DNA from: an uncultured Lachnospiraceae bacterium
GTDB taxonomy: Bacteria > Bacillota > Clostridia > Lachnospirales > Lachnospiraceae
Direction of reading: 5' to 3'
Length of the DNA: 64,000 nucleotides
Assembly (NCBI GenBank): GCA_964653855.1
Contig: CAZZFV010000004.1
Span: 5,899-69,898 of the forward strand
Shown here: positions 43,080-55,346 of the stretch, in pieces
Layout: the number at the start of each line of letters is the position of its first letter
Position numbering within the stretch: the first letter of the stretch is position 1
The notes under the pieces: generated by a model
Databases searched by the model: none
What the model was told of the DNA's origin: nothing
Seen by the model: the letters and a program-made list of their open reading frames with translations, nothing else
Made by a program: the position numbers and the translations under genes

Positions 43080-44971
43080 AGCTGGTAGTAAACTCCCTTT
43101 TTCTCGAGGAGCTCCTCGTGTGAGCCTCTTTCGATAATCTGACCATGATCGAGAACAATTATCGAATTTGAGTTTCTGACGGTTGAAAGTCTGTGAGCGA
43201 TTACGAATACCGTTCTGCCCTCCATAAGCTTATCCATGCCGTCCTGTACAAGAGCTTCCGTACGCGTATCGATTGAGCTTGTCGCCTCGTCAAGTATCAT
43301 TGCGGGAGTATTTGCGACAGCCGCACGTGCGATTGAAAGCAGCTGCCTCTGTCCCTGCGAAAGAGACGCGCCGTTACCCGTAAGCATTGTATTGTAGCCT
43401 TCGGGAAGTCTTGTGATAAAGTCGTCCGCATTCGCAAGCTTTGCTGCGGCAATACATTCTTCATCGGTCGCATCGAGTCTTCCGTAACGGATATTATCCA
43501 TAACCGTTCCCGTAAAGAGGTTTACATCCTGAAGCACAAGCCCGAGCGAACGTCTCAAATCAGGCTTTTTGATTTTATTGATATTTATTCCGTCAAAACG
43601 GATTTTTCCGTCGGGAATATCGTAAAATCTGTTGATGAGGTTTGTAATCGTGGTTTTTCCGGCACCGGTCGCTCCGACAAACGCAAACTTTTCGCCTGCC
43701 TTCGCATGGAGCGAAACATCCTTTAACACAAGTTTTCCGGGTACATATCCGAAATCAACGTGTTCAAGCTCGATTTCACCTTTGAGAAGCGTATATGTGA
43801 CTTCTCCCGTATCCTGGTGGGGATGCTTCCACGCCCAGATGTTTGTGTGCTTATCGGTTTCCTTAAGATTTCCTTTTTCGTCGTATTCGCAATTTACGAG
43901 TTCGCAATATCCGTCGTCCTTTTCGGGCTCTTCGTCAATTATCTCGAATATTCTTCCCGCTCCCGCAACACCCATCATTACCGTTGTTATCTGCTGCGAA
44001 ATCTGTCCGACCATTTGGGAAAGCTGTCTGAACATTCCGAGGAACGTAACGATGATACCGAGTGTGAGCGGTTCAACACCTTTAAGGCAAACATTCGTCG
44101 CACCCAATGAAACAAGCGTTGCACCGAATATTGCTATTATAACATAAAAAATATTTCCGACGTTGTTTGTGATAGGTCCGAGTACGTTACCGTATTTGTC
44201 GGCAAGAGCAGAATCCTCATAAAGCTTTTCGTTTAAACGGTCAAAGTCCTTCTTTGATTCTTCCTCGTGAGTAAACACCTTTACAACCTTGAGTCCCGTC
44301 ATCATCTCTTCGATGTAGCCTTCTTCCGTTGCAAGCGACTTTTGACGTCCGACCATGTATTCACCGGATTTTCCGCCGAAATGCTTGCCCGCAAAAGCAA
44401 TTATTACGAGAGCAACAACAACAAGCAAAAACATCCAAAGACTGTAATAAAGCATGACCGCAACAAGCGCAACAATCGAAATGATCGAAGAGAAAAGGTT
44501 CGGCATACTTTGACCAATAACCTGTCTCGCGGCATCCGTATCGTTTGTGTATGTACTCATTATGTCGCCGTGAGCATGCGTATCAAAAAACTTTATCGGA
44601 AGCGTTTGCATCTTGTCAAACATATCGTCACGGAGATGCTTTAATGTGCCTTGCGTTACAACGGCCATGATTCTGTTGTATGCAAAATTACACATTATTC
44701 CGATTAAATAAATACCCGCAAGCAAAAGTATTATCTTTAATGTTTGCGCGGCAACGGCATCCCAGCCCGACTTGATTCCCGGCGTAATGCAATCGTCGAT
44801 GAGCTTTTGCATAAACACGCTCATCGCAATCGACGAAACCGACGAAACAAGGAGGCAAATCATTACTACTATAAGCTCAAAACCGTAGTATCCGAATACG
44901 GTTTTCATGAGTCTTTTAAAGGTTCCCTTTTTAACTTTGGGACGAGGTCCCATTCTTCTTGGTCCCGGCAT
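43052..44971 (-). CDS. ABC exporter, fused permease/ATPase (type I exporter half-transporter, partner B)
   Basis: Six-TM domain plus GATGAGKTT, LSQGQRQLLSIARA, ILDEATS. Confidence 0.92.
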   Translation of the reverse strand: MPGPRRMGPRPKVKKGTFKRLMKTVFGYYGFELIVVMICLLVSSVSSIAMSVFMQKLIDDCITPGIKSGWDAVAAQTLKIILLLAGIYLIGIMCNFAYNRIMAVVTQGTLKHLRDDMFDKMQTLPIKFFDTHAHGDIMSTYTNDTDAARQVIGQSMPNLFSSIISIVALVAVMLYYSLWMFLLVVVALVIIAFAGKHFGGKSGEYMVGRQKSLATEEGYIEEMMTGLKVVKVFTHEEESKKDFDRLNEKLYEDSALADKYGNVLGPITNNVGNIFYVIIAIFGATLVSLGATNVCLKGVEPLTLGIIVTFLGMFRQLSQMVGQISQQITTVMMGVAGAGRIFEIIDEEPEKDDGYCELVNCEYDEKGNLKETDKHTNIWAWKHPHQDTGEVTYTLLKGEIELEHVDFGYVPGKLVLKDVSLHAKAGEKFAFVGATGAGKTTITNLINRFYDIPDGKIRFDGININKIKKPDLRRSLGLVLQDVNLFTGTVMDNIRYGRLDATDEECIAAAKLANADDFITRLPEGYNTMLTGNGASLSQGQRQLLSIARAAVANTPAMILDEATSSIDTRTEALVQDGMDKLMEGRTVFVIAHRLSTVRNSNSIIVLDHGQIIERGSHEELLEKKGVYYQLYTGAFEME

Positions 44972-44973
44972 AA

Positions 44974-46716
44974 TTATTCCTCCTTTCCTTTCGTCTGCGT
45001 TCTGTAAATCTCGGCATAAATGCCGTTTGCCTGAATTAGCTCGGCACTTGTGCCCTGTTCAACTATTTTACCGCCGTCAAGCACGATTATCTTGTCGGCA
45101 TCCTCAACCGACGATACACGCTGTGCAATAATAATCTTTGTCGTTCCGGGGATTTGTTCCTTAAAGCTCTTACGGATTAAAGCATCCGTCTTTGTGTCGA
45201 CCGCGGATGTCGAATCGTCCATGATAAGGATTTTGGGTTTCTTAAGAAGCGCTCTCGCAATGCAAAGACGCTGTTTCTGTCCGCCCGAAACGTTTGTGCC
45301 GCCCTGCTCTATGTATGTGTCATACTTATCGGGCATTGCGGAAACAAACTCATCCGCACATGCAGCCTTGCATGCTGCGACGATTTCTTCATCCGTGGCA
45401 TTTTTGTTGCCCCATCTCATGTTTTCTTTTATTGTGCCCGCAAAAAGAATATTTTTTTGTAACACAACCGCAACCTGGTCACGGAGTGCCTTTAAGTTAT
45501 ATTCCTTAACGTCTTTATCGCCCACAAGCACGCGTCCGCACGTCGTATCGTAAAGACGCGATATAAGCTGGATAAGAGTTGTCTTTGAAGAGCCCGTGCC
45601 GCCGATGATACCGACGGTTTCTCCCGACTTTATGTCAAGATTGATGTTTTCAAGTGAATATCTCTTGGCATCCTCGCTATATTTAAACGAAACATTCTCA
45701 AATTTGATATCGCCGTTTTTAACAACCTTTTCGCCGTCATCGTTTCCTGTAAGCGTAGGCTCGTAAGTCAACACTTCCACAATACGGTTTCCGGATTCAC
45801 CCGCCATCGTAATCATGATGAACGCAAAGCCGAGCATCATAAGAGCGGACAATATTTGCACACCGTATGAAGTAAGCGAAGAAAGTTCACCCGTCGTAAG
45901 ATCGGGAACCGGATTTCCTGCCGTTGTAACAATTACCTTGGTACCGAAATAGCAAAGCACAAGCATACCGAGATCGATACAGAAGCTCATTACGGGGCTG
46001 AAAAGCGCAAGTCTCTTTTCGGCAACCGTAAAGTCGTCGCAAACTTCCTTTGAACGCTCGTTAAACTTCTTTATTTCGTAGTCTTCTCTCACAAATCCCT
46101 TTACAACACGGATTGCGGAAACGTTTTCCTGAACGGAGTTGTTGAGAGCATCGTATTTTTTGAATATTCTCTTAAATATTTCATGAACCGAAGACATAAT
46201 AAGAAGAATAACGCATGCGAGAGGCGGAACAATCACAACGAATATCATCGTGAGCTTCCAGTTGATTCTGCATCCGTTGATTATCGAAAAAAGGAACGTA
46301 AGAGGTACTCTTACCGCCATTCTGATAAGCATCGAAAATGCGTTCTGAATGTTTGTTACGTCTGTGGTAAGTCTTGTTACAAGTGAAGAAGGACTGAATT
46401 TGTCGATATCCGAGAACGAAAAATCGACAACCCTGTGAAAAAGATCGTGTCTAAGATTTTTTGCAAAGCCGCAGCTTGCCGTTGCTGCCATTCTTGCGGA
46501 CATTGTTCCGAAGAAAAGGCTCATTAACGCAATTACGACAAGCACGCCGCCGTACATTAAGACATTGTTAAAATGATTTGCTTCCAAAGCGTCTATGAGC
46601 TTTGCCATAATAAGCGGAAGCAGCGTTTCCATGCTTACCTCACCGCACATAAAAAGCGGAGTGAGTATCGTCTGCTTTTTATATTCGCGGATGCTTTTAT
46701 TAAGTGTTTTTACCAT
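44974..46716 (-). CDS. ABC exporter, fused permease/ATPase (half-transporter, partner A)
   Basis: GGTGSSKTT, VSGGQKQRLCIARA, IMDDSTSA. A 2-nt gap separates it from partner B. Confidence 0.92.
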   Translation of the reverse strand: MVKTLNKSIREYKKQTILTPLFMCGEVSMETLLPLIMAKLIDALEANHFNNVLMYGGVLVVIALMSLFFGTMSARMAATASCGFAKNLRHDLFHRVVDFSFSDIDKFSPSSLVTRLTTDVTNIQNAFSMLIRMAVRVPLTFLFSIINGCRINWKLTMIFVVIVPPLACVILLIMSSVHEIFKRIFKKYDALNNSVQENVSAIRVVKGFVREDYEIKKFNERSKEVCDDFTVAEKRLALFSPVMSFCIDLGMLVLCYFGTKVIVTTAGNPVPDLTTGELSSLTSYGVQILSALMMLGFAFIMITMAGESGNRIVEVLTYEPTLTGNDDGEKVVKNGDIKFENVSFKYSEDAKRYSLENINLDIKSGETVGIIGGTGSSKTTLIQLISRLYDTTCGRVLVGDKDVKEYNLKALRDQVAVVLQKNILFAGTIKENMRWGNKNATDEEIVAACKAACADEFVSAMPDKYDTYIEQGGTNVSGGQKQRLCIARALLKKPKILIMDDSTSAVDTKTDALIRKSFKEQIPGTTKIIIAQRVSSVEDADKIIVLDGGKIVEQGTSAELIQANGIYAEIYRTQTKGKEE

Positions 46717-46726
46717 ATTTGCTCCT

Positions 46727-46951
46727 CTACTTTTTTCTGATTTTCCCCGTATTTATAAAGTAACTTACCCTCGAAAGCGGTATGCCCGAAGCCTTCGAGA
46801 GTTCCATGGCATTCATGCCCGGATTTTTGCTCATTGCGTTCGCAAGGGTTTTGAGAGTTTCCGCTTCCTTCACACGGCATGGACCGCATATTGCTTCCTC
46901 TTCTCTTTTTGCTTCAACAAGAATTTTTCCGCACCATCTGCATGAATACAT
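46727..46951 (-). CDS. YvyF-like (TIGR03826-type) zinc-ribbon plus helix-turn-helix small protein, paralog 2
   Basis: CRWCGK...CGPCRVKEAETLKTLANAMSKNPGMNAMELSKASGIPLSRVSYFINTGKI. It ends 10 nt upstream of the ABC exporter pair. Confidence 0.55.
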   Translation of the reverse strand: MYSCRWCGKILVEAKREEEAICGPCRVKEAETLKTLANAMSKNPGMNAMELSKASGIPLSRVSYFINTGKIRKK

Positions 46952-47033
46952 AAAAAATTACCTCACTTAAACATTTTTTAATGAATTTTACTCTTATGTT
47001 TTGCAATATACAAATTATCTTTATATAAAGTTT

Positions 47034-47750
47034 TCAAACAATCAAATCTTTGATTTTTGTTACGTCTCCGTCCAAAATTTTGTATGTAGGATTAAGTGCT
47101 CCGTATTTCCTCGGTGAAATATTTGAGTGAATATAAAGCGAATCCATTCCTGCATTTACCGCTGTCATGATATCGCTTTTTTCATCGTTTCCTATCATAA
47201 TCGTCTTTTTTAAATCGGGAGAATAAGTGTCAATAAGACGCTTCATAAAACGTGCACTCGGTTTTTTAACCCCCTCTTCCGACGAGATAAATATCGCATC
47301 AAAAAAATCAAAAATTCCGAGGGACTTAATCTCAGGGATTGTAAAAGCCGCCTGCGCATTAGAGAGTAAATAAATTTTTTTGTTTTTCTCTTTAAGAATT
47401 TCAAGTAACTCTTTTACCCCCGGATAAAGCTTTATGTATTTTCTTGAAAGCACACGGAAAGTTATCGCCGTATGATATATAAGTTCCTTTGACGCTTTCA
47501 CATTCTTTTCTTTAAAAAGCCCGTCAAAAATTTTAAGGATATCGGGCTCATAACACTCGATATTTTTATGTTTTTCGGTGTCTTTAAAAATAAGTTCCTT
47601 ATATTTTCTTTTTAATTCCGTTCCCGAATAATTTGCTCCGTAGCTTGAATAAATTTCCGCGAGTTTTTTCCAAAATCCATAAGTTTCTTCGTTCGTATTT
47701 ATGTCAACAAGCGTTCCGTAGAGGTCAAAAATGTAATTTTCATATTCCAT
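47034..47750 (-). CDS. HAD-superfamily hydrolase
   Basis: Motif I FDLYGTLVD, plus LSNAQ and GNDEKSDI motifs. Confidence 0.85.
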   Translation of the reverse strand: MEYENYIFDLYGTLVDINTNEETYGFWKKLAEIYSSYGANYSGTELKRKYKELIFKDTEKHKNIECYEPDILKIFDGLFKEKNVKASKELIYHTAITFRVLSRKYIKLYPGVKELLEILKEKNKKIYLLSNAQAAFTIPEIKSLGIFDFFDAIFISSEEGVKKPSARFMKRLIDTYSPDLKKTIMIGNDEKSDIMTAVNAGMDSLYIHSNISPRKYGALNPTYKILDGDVTKIKDLIV

Positions 47751-47753
47751 ACA

Positions 47754-48947
47754 CTAATGCCTCCGGTATTTTCTCATAAAAGGAAGAATTTCCTTGATGC
47801 AAGATAACGCATAGTCAACTTCTTCTATGGTCGTATACTTTGAAAAACTGAAACGAAGCGTCGATTGCAAATATTTTTTATCCGTTCCTATTGCGTTTAA
47901 AGTACCCGAAATATCCGGATGATTCGACGAACATGCGGATCCCGACGACACATAAACTTCTCTTTCCGAAAGCGCATTTAAAAAAGATTCCGCTTTTTCG
48001 ATACCTCCGAAACCGCAGCTCACAATATGCGGAGCCGTTTTATATATATTTTCCCTGATTTCGTTTTCGTCCGTATCGTTTCCGCCGATTGTGTGAATAT
48101 ATACGTCATCGTTTTCAAGAAGCCCGAAAATAAGTCTTTCCTTTAATTCATAAAGGTGCTTTCGGTTAATTTCAAGATTATCGTACATTTCTTTTGCGGC
48201 GACACCGAGTCCCGCAATCGCAGGCACGTTTTCCGTACCCGACCTCATTCCTTTTTCCTGACCGCCGCCGTAAATGATGGGCTGAATTTTCGTACCCTTT
48301 TTTATATACAAAAAGCCGCTTCCCTTGGGAGCATGGATTTTGTGCCCTGAAACCGAAAGTAAATCGATTCCGTCGTTTTTCGGCACAATTAAAATTTTCC
48401 CGAATGCCTGAATTGCGTCAACATGGAAAATCGTCTTCGGATTTACACTTTTTATAATCTTTGAAATTTCGGGAATATTGTTTACGCTTCCGATTTCGTT
48501 GTTCACATACATAACGGAAACAAGAATCGTGTCGGGTCTTATTGCATTTTTTAGTTTTTCGGCATCAACATGCCCCATATTGTCAACATCGATAAAAGTC
48601 ACGTCAAATCCCATATTTTGTAAGAAAAGCACGGGATTATAGACGGACGCGTGTTCCATTTTTGTTGTTATGATGTGGTTTCCGTTTCTTTTGTTTGCGA
48701 GTGCGGTTCCGATGAGCGCGAGATTATTTGACTCCGTTCCGCCCGATGTAAACACGATTTCGTTTTCTTCGCATTTTAAAATTTTTGCGATTGCACCTTT
48801 TGATTCCTTTATATATTTTTCGGCTTCCACGCCCATATGGTGCCTTGACGACGGATTTCCGAAATCGTCAAGATAAACCGTTTTAATCTTTTTTAACACT
48901 TCATCGGAAACAACCGTTGTTGCCGCATTGTCAAGATATGCTGTCAT
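47754..48947 (-). CDS. Cysteine desulfurase (NifS/IscS-like class V aminotransferase)
   Basis: SGHKIHAPKGSGFLY (PLP Lys) and SSGSACSS (active-site Cys). Confidence 0.9.
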   Translation of the reverse strand: MTAYLDNAATTVVSDEVLKKIKTVYLDDFGNPSSRHHMGVEAEKYIKESKGAIAKILKCEENEIVFTSGGTESNNLALIGTALANKRNGNHIITTKMEHASVYNPVLFLQNMGFDVTFIDVDNMGHVDAEKLKNAIRPDTILVSVMYVNNEIGSVNNIPEISKIIKSVNPKTIFHVDAIQAFGKILIVPKNDGIDLLSVSGHKIHAPKGSGFLYIKKGTKIQPIIYGGGQEKGMRSGTENVPAIAGLGVAAKEMYDNLEINRKHLYELKERLIFGLLENDDVYIHTIGGNDTDENEIRENIYKTAPHIVSCGFGGIEKAESFLNALSEREVYVSSGSACSSNHPDISGTLNAIGTDKKYLQSTLRFSFSKYTTIEEVDYALSCIKEILPFMRKYRRH

Positions 48948-49719
48948 TCATGCACTCCAATTCATACATAATTATTGAGGATATTACAAATCCCGCGGTT
49001 TCCGTTCTCAAAATTCGTTTACCGAGTGAAACGGTGGTTCCGTTTGATTCCTTTAAAAATTCTATTTCGCTTATATCAAATCCGCCCTCGGGTCCGATAA
49101 ATACAGAAACAACCGGGACGTTTTCCTGATCCTTTAAAACCTCAGCTTTTACGTTATCCACAAATTCCTTAAGGCTTTTCATGCCATTTGCGTTTTCGTA
49201 GGGCACCGCAATAAATCCGGAATCTTTCTTTGCTCGTGTTACGGCTTCCTTAAGTGTCACCGCTTTTCCGATTTTTGGAATAATGCCTCTCCCCGATTGC
49301 ATTGCGGCGGCTCTTGCGATTTCGGACCACCGTAGTGCTTTTTTTAATTCCGCTTTTTCGTCTTCGATCTTTGCTATCGACCGCTTCATTTTTACGGGCA
49401 CGATTTCCGATACTCCGAGCTCCGTACACTTTTGAACTATAAGCTCAAACTTATCTTTTTTCGGAATCCCCTGGTACAAAATTATTTTTACGGGAAGCTC
49501 GGTTAGGGAATTTTCTTTCTTTAAAATATTGCAAACGCATTCCTTATTGTCCGTGAAACCTTCTATTTCACATATATAATCCGTTCCGCACGTATTGCAT
49601 AAAACGATATTGTCATGGGGTTTGAGACGCAAAACATTTTTGATATGATTTACGTCTTCTCCCGTAACAATAAATTGATTTCCGGTATGCTTATTTTCGT
49701 CAACATAAAATCTGTACAT
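48931..49719 (-). CDS. rsmE: 16S rRNA (uracil1498-N3)-methyltransferase RsmE
   Basis: MYRFYV...GEDVNHIKNVLRLK and IGPEGGF...E; about 260 aa. Confidence 0.88.
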   Translation of the reverse strand: MYRFYVDENKHTGNQFIVTGEDVNHIKNVLRLKPHDNIVLCNTCGTDYICEIEGFTDNKECVCNILKKENSLTELPVKIILYQGIPKKDKFELIVQKCTELGVSEIVPVKMKRSIAKIEDEKAELKKALRWSEIARAAAMQSGRGIIPKIGKAVTLKEAVTRAKKDSGFIAVPYENANGMKSLKEFVDNVKAEVLKDQENVPVVSVFIGPEGGFDISEIEFLKESNGTTVSLGKRILRTETAGFVISSIIMYELECMNDSIS

Positions 49720-49760
49720 TGCGATTCCTTTTTATTTGATAAGAAGTACTTACTTAACCC

Positions 49761-49796
49761 AAAAAAGGACCTTTGGAAAATAATCCCAAAAAGTCC
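49761..49796 (-). terminator. Intrinsic terminator after dnaJ
   Basis: GGACTTTTTGG gattatttt CCAAAGGTCC TTTTTT on the minus strand, with an imperfect stem. Confidence 0.7.
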
Positions 49797-49839
49797 GATA
49801 TTTGCCTAATTTAAGCCGTGAACAAAACTCCCGCTTAAA

Positions 49840-50982
49840 TTAAAATCTCTTGCGTTTTCTTGTGCTCCCCGTATCCGCATTGTCATCACCGAACGTACGC
49901 TCGTATGCTTCAAGAAGCTCCTTTTGCTCTTTTGTAAGCTTTGTCGGTACCTGTACGATAAGCGTTATGTAAAGATCGCCCTTCGAATCGTTGTTTCTTA
50001 CCGACGGAACGCCCTTACCGCGAAGTCTTACTCTTGTGTCCGTTTGAGTTCCGGGAGCAACCGTATACATCACGTCGCCGTAAATCGTATTGATCTTTAT
50101 TTCTCCGCCGAGAGCCGCTTTTGTAAACGGAAGAGGCACATTCGCATAAAGGTCCATGCCGTCTCGCTGGAAAATCGGATGATCTTTAACTCTTACTTCT
50201 ACAAGAACATCGCCTTTCGGTCCGCCGTTAACGCCCGGTTCACCGAGTCCCGACATTCTTACCATCTGTCCGTTATCGATACCTGCGGGAATCGACACTT
50301 CCACGGTTTTCTTTTTCGAAATATATCCTTCGCCGTAGCATGCCGGACACTTGTCTTTTATAATCTTACCGGTTCCCCTGCATTGAGGACATGCCTGAAC
50401 GCTTTGCGTAACGCCGAAAAGTGACTGGCGCTGGAAAACAACCTGTCCCTTACCGCCACATTTGGGACATGTTTCGGGTGTGGTTCCTCGCCTTGCTCCC
50501 GTACCGTTACATTCCGTACATGTGTCTTTTACATTTATGTTAAGTTCCTTCTTTGTGCCGAAAACGGCCTCATCAAAGGTAATCGTAATTCCGACTCTTA
50601 AATCCGCACCCTTTTGCGGTCCCGAATAACCGCTTCTTCTTGAACTTCCGCCGCCCATTCCGAAAAAGTCGCCGAAAATATCGCCGAAGCCCGAGAAAAT
50701 ATCTCCCATATTCGAGAAATCAAATCCACCGCCGGCACCGCCGCCTCCGTTTTCAAACGCGGCATGTCCGAACTGATCGTATTTTTGTCTTTTTTCTTCA
50801 TCAGAGAGCACGGCATAAGCCTCGGAAGCTTCCTTAAACTTAGCCTCGGCGTTCGCATCTCCGGGGTTCATGTCCGGATGATACTTTTTTGCAAGCACTC
50901 TGTATGCTTTTTTTATTTCATCCTGCGTGGCGTTTTTTGTAACACCAAGCACTTCATAATAGTCGCGTTTTGTTTCTGCCAT
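49840..50982 (-). CDS. dnaJ: Molecular chaperone DnaJ
   Basis: DYYEVLGV...[16 protein letters not shown] region, four CxxCxGxG repeats. AGAGGAA SD lies before the ATG at 50982. Confidence 0.97.
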   Translation of the reverse strand: MAETKRDYYEVLGVTKNATQDEIKKAYRVLAKKYHPDMNPGDANAEAKFKEASEAYAVLSDEEKRQKYDQFGHAAFENGGGGAGGGFDFSNMGDIFSGFGDIFGDFFGMGGGSSRRSGYSGPQKGADLRVGITITFDEAVFGTKKELNINVKDTCTECNGTGARRGTTPETCPKCGGKGQVVFQRQSLFGVTQSVQACPQCRGTGKIIKDKCPACYGEGYISKKKTVEVSIPAGIDNGQMVRMSGLGEPGVNGGPKGDVLVEVRVKDHPIFQRDGMDLYANVPLPFTKAALGGEIKINTIYGDVMYTVAPGTQTDTRVRLRGKGVPSVRNNDSKGDLYITLIVQVPTKLTKEQKELLEAYERTFGDDNADTGSTRKRKRF

Positions 50983-51055
50983 ATGTGTTCCTCTTATTAA
51001 AGCCTTTAGGGGCGTCACAAGACGCCCCGCAAGGATTGATTATAATTTACTTATA

Positions 51056-53669
<2,614 letters not shown>

Positions 53670-54686
53670 CTATTTTTTAATCAGCTCATCGATTTGATTT
53701 CTTATCGTGGTGAGCGCCGAAACAACCTTTTCATAGTCCATTCTCTTCGGACCCACTATTCCGAACTTTCCGTACATTCCGTCCGCAAGCTCATACGTTG
53801 CGGTAACAACCGAACAATCCTTCATCGAATCAACCGTAACCTCATCGCCTATGTAAACCTGGATTCCGTCTTTTTCCTCATCCTTCTTCATAAGCTCGGT
53901 AAGCTCTTTTTTGTCTTCAATCTCATAAAGAATATCAGATGCATTGTTACCGTCAAAAAGCTCCGGATATTTCAAAATGTTTGTCGCACCGCTCGTATAA
54001 ACCTTTATCTTTTCTTCTTCGCCGAGCGCCGCCGCAACCGCATCAAGAACGTTGTTCACGATCGAATCCATGCCTTCCGACTGCTTTTTCATATTTTGGA
54101 TGATTTCCAAATTAATTTCGGTAAGGTCAAGTCCCTGCAAATAGGTGTTAAGCATCAGGTTAAGCTTAAGAAGTGTTTCTTTGTCAATCGGATGATCGAT
54201 ATCGATTACCTTGTTCTTTACTATGTTTCCTTCAATCAGGATAACCACAAGAATTGAAGTTTCGTTTATATCGGTAAGCTGTACAAATTTGATTTTTTTG
54301 CTTCTGAGCATCGGCGTCGTAACCATCGCCGTGTAATTTGTACAAGCCGCAAGAAGCTTCGTTGCCTGTTCGAGAAGAGTTTCCATCTTGTCCGCTTTTT
54401 CAAGGAAAATGTTTTTGACTTCCTTAATTTCGGCATCCTTGCTTTCCATCATCTTGTCAACGTAAAGCCTGTAGGCCTTGTCCGTCGGAATACGTCCGGA
54501 AGAAGTATGGGGAGATGTGATATAACCCATTTCCTCAAGGTCGCTCATCTCATTTCTTATCGTTGCCGAAGAAAGATTAAGGTCCGTAAACTTTGATATC
54601 GTACGTGAACCGACCGGCTCACCCGTTTCAAGGTAGTTACTGATTATTGCCTTTAGTATCGTCCATTTTCTGTCATCAAGTTCCAC
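53670..54686 (-). CDS. hrcA: Heat-inducible transcription repressor HrcA
   Basis: VELDDRKWTILKAIISNYLETGEPVGSRTISKF. The likely start is GTG at 54686. The TTG at 54737 in the track lies inside CIRCE-1. Confidence 0.93.
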   Translation of the reverse strand: MELDDRKWTILKAIISNYLETGEPVGSRTISKFTDLNLSSATIRNEMSDLEEMGYITSPHTSSGRIPTDKAYRLYVDKMMESKDAEIKEVKNIFLEKADKMETLLEQATKLLAACTNYTAMVTTPMLRSKKIKFVQLTDINETSILVVILIEGNIVKNKVIDIDHPIDKETLLKLNLMLNTYLQGLDLTEINLEIIQNMKKQSEGMDSIVNNVLDAVAAALGEEEKIKVYTSGATNILKYPELFDGNNASDILYEIEDKKELTELMKKDEEKDGIQVYIGDEVTVDSMKDCSVVTATYELADGMYGKFGIVGPKRMDYEKVVSALTTIRNQIDELIKK

Positions 54687-54726
54687 CTTTTCACTTCCTT
54701 TCCGCAATTGTACGAATTTTTGATTG

Positions 54727-54753
54727 TTAGCACTCAAATATCAAGAGTGCTAA
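54727..54753. promoter_or_regulatory. CIRCE operator 1 (perfect consensus)
   Basis: TTAGCACTC aaatatcaa GAGTGCTAA. Confidence 0.95.
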
Positions 54754-54764
54754 ATCATGAATAC

Positions 54765-54793
54765 AAGATACCATTAGCACTCTCTTTTGTCAA
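54765..54793 (-). promoter_or_regulatory. Sigma-A promoter (TTGACA-17-TATCTT) of the hrcA-grpE-dnaK-dnaJ operon
   Basis: The minus strand reads TTGACA AAAGAGAGTGCTAATGG TATCTT, between and overlapping the CIRCE elements. Confidence 0.65.
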
Positions 54794-54800
54794 GTGCTAA
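54774..54800. promoter_or_regulatory. CIRCE operator 2 (one mismatch)
   Basis: TTAGCACTC tcttttgtc AAGTGCTAA. It overlaps the -35 of the hrcA promoter. Confidence 0.9.
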
Positions 54801-54843
54801 TATTAATTTTTTTCAATAAAATTTAAATAAAAAAAATCGGCTA

Positions 54844-54872
54844 TTTACTTTAGTATTTCAAAGTGTTAAAAT
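54844..54872 (+). promoter_or_regulatory. Sigma-A promoter with extended -10 (TTTACT-17-TGtTAAAAT) for the YerC-like gene
   Basis: TTTACT TTAGTATTTCAAAGTGT TAAAAT. Confidence 0.65.
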
Positions 54873-54915
54873 ACAAAAGCGTTAGATTATTATTCCTTTA
54901 AGGAGGATTTAAAAA

Positions 54916-55260
54916 ATGAGTATCAATCTGAAAACACCCGCCGTAGATTATTTCTTTGACGCGGTTTTAAGCCTCAGCAATCGCGAAGAATGTTACAAAT
55001 TCTTTGAAGACATATGCACCGTAAACGAAATTCTTTCATTTGCCCAGCGTTTTGAAGTTGCATCGATGTTGCGTGCAAAAAAGACATATCTTGAAATTGC
55101 CGAAGAAACGGGAGCTTCAACCGCAACAATAAGCCGTGTGAACCGTTCCTTAAATTACGGAAACGACGGATACGATATGGCATTTTCGAGACTCCCAGAA
55201 CCTCCCTACAACCATTCGAAAGAATCGAAGGAATCGGAAGAGCCGGGCGAAAGCAAATAA
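54916..55260 (+). CDS. yerC: YerC/YecD family TrpR-like protein
   Basis: ...ECYKFFEDICTVNEILSFAQRFEVASML...YLEIAEETGASTATISRVNRSL.YG. Confidence 0.85.
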   Translation: MSINLKTPAVDYFFDAVLSLSNREECYKFFEDICTVNEILSFAQRFEVASMLRAKKTYLEIAEETGASTATISRVNRSLNYGNDGYDMAFSRLPEPPYNHSKESKESEEPGESK

Positions 55261-55268
55261 TAATGTAC

Positions 55269-55302
55269 AAAAAAGCGGAGTGATTTTCACTCCGCTTTTT
55301 TT
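55269..55302. terminator. Bidirectional intrinsic terminator (YerC-like gene / pcrA)
   Basis: AAAAAA GCGGAGTG atttt CACTCCGC TTTTTTT. Confidence 0.88.
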
Positions 55303-55346
55303 CACAATTTCACATTTTTGCAATAACCGATTTAAATTTTAACCGA

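Noticed and set aside
54735-54737. The TTG start of the hrcA track ORF
   Set aside because: It lies inside CIRCE-1. The GTG at 54686, with an SD 7 nt upstream, gives the canonical (M)ELDDRKW... HrcA N-terminus.
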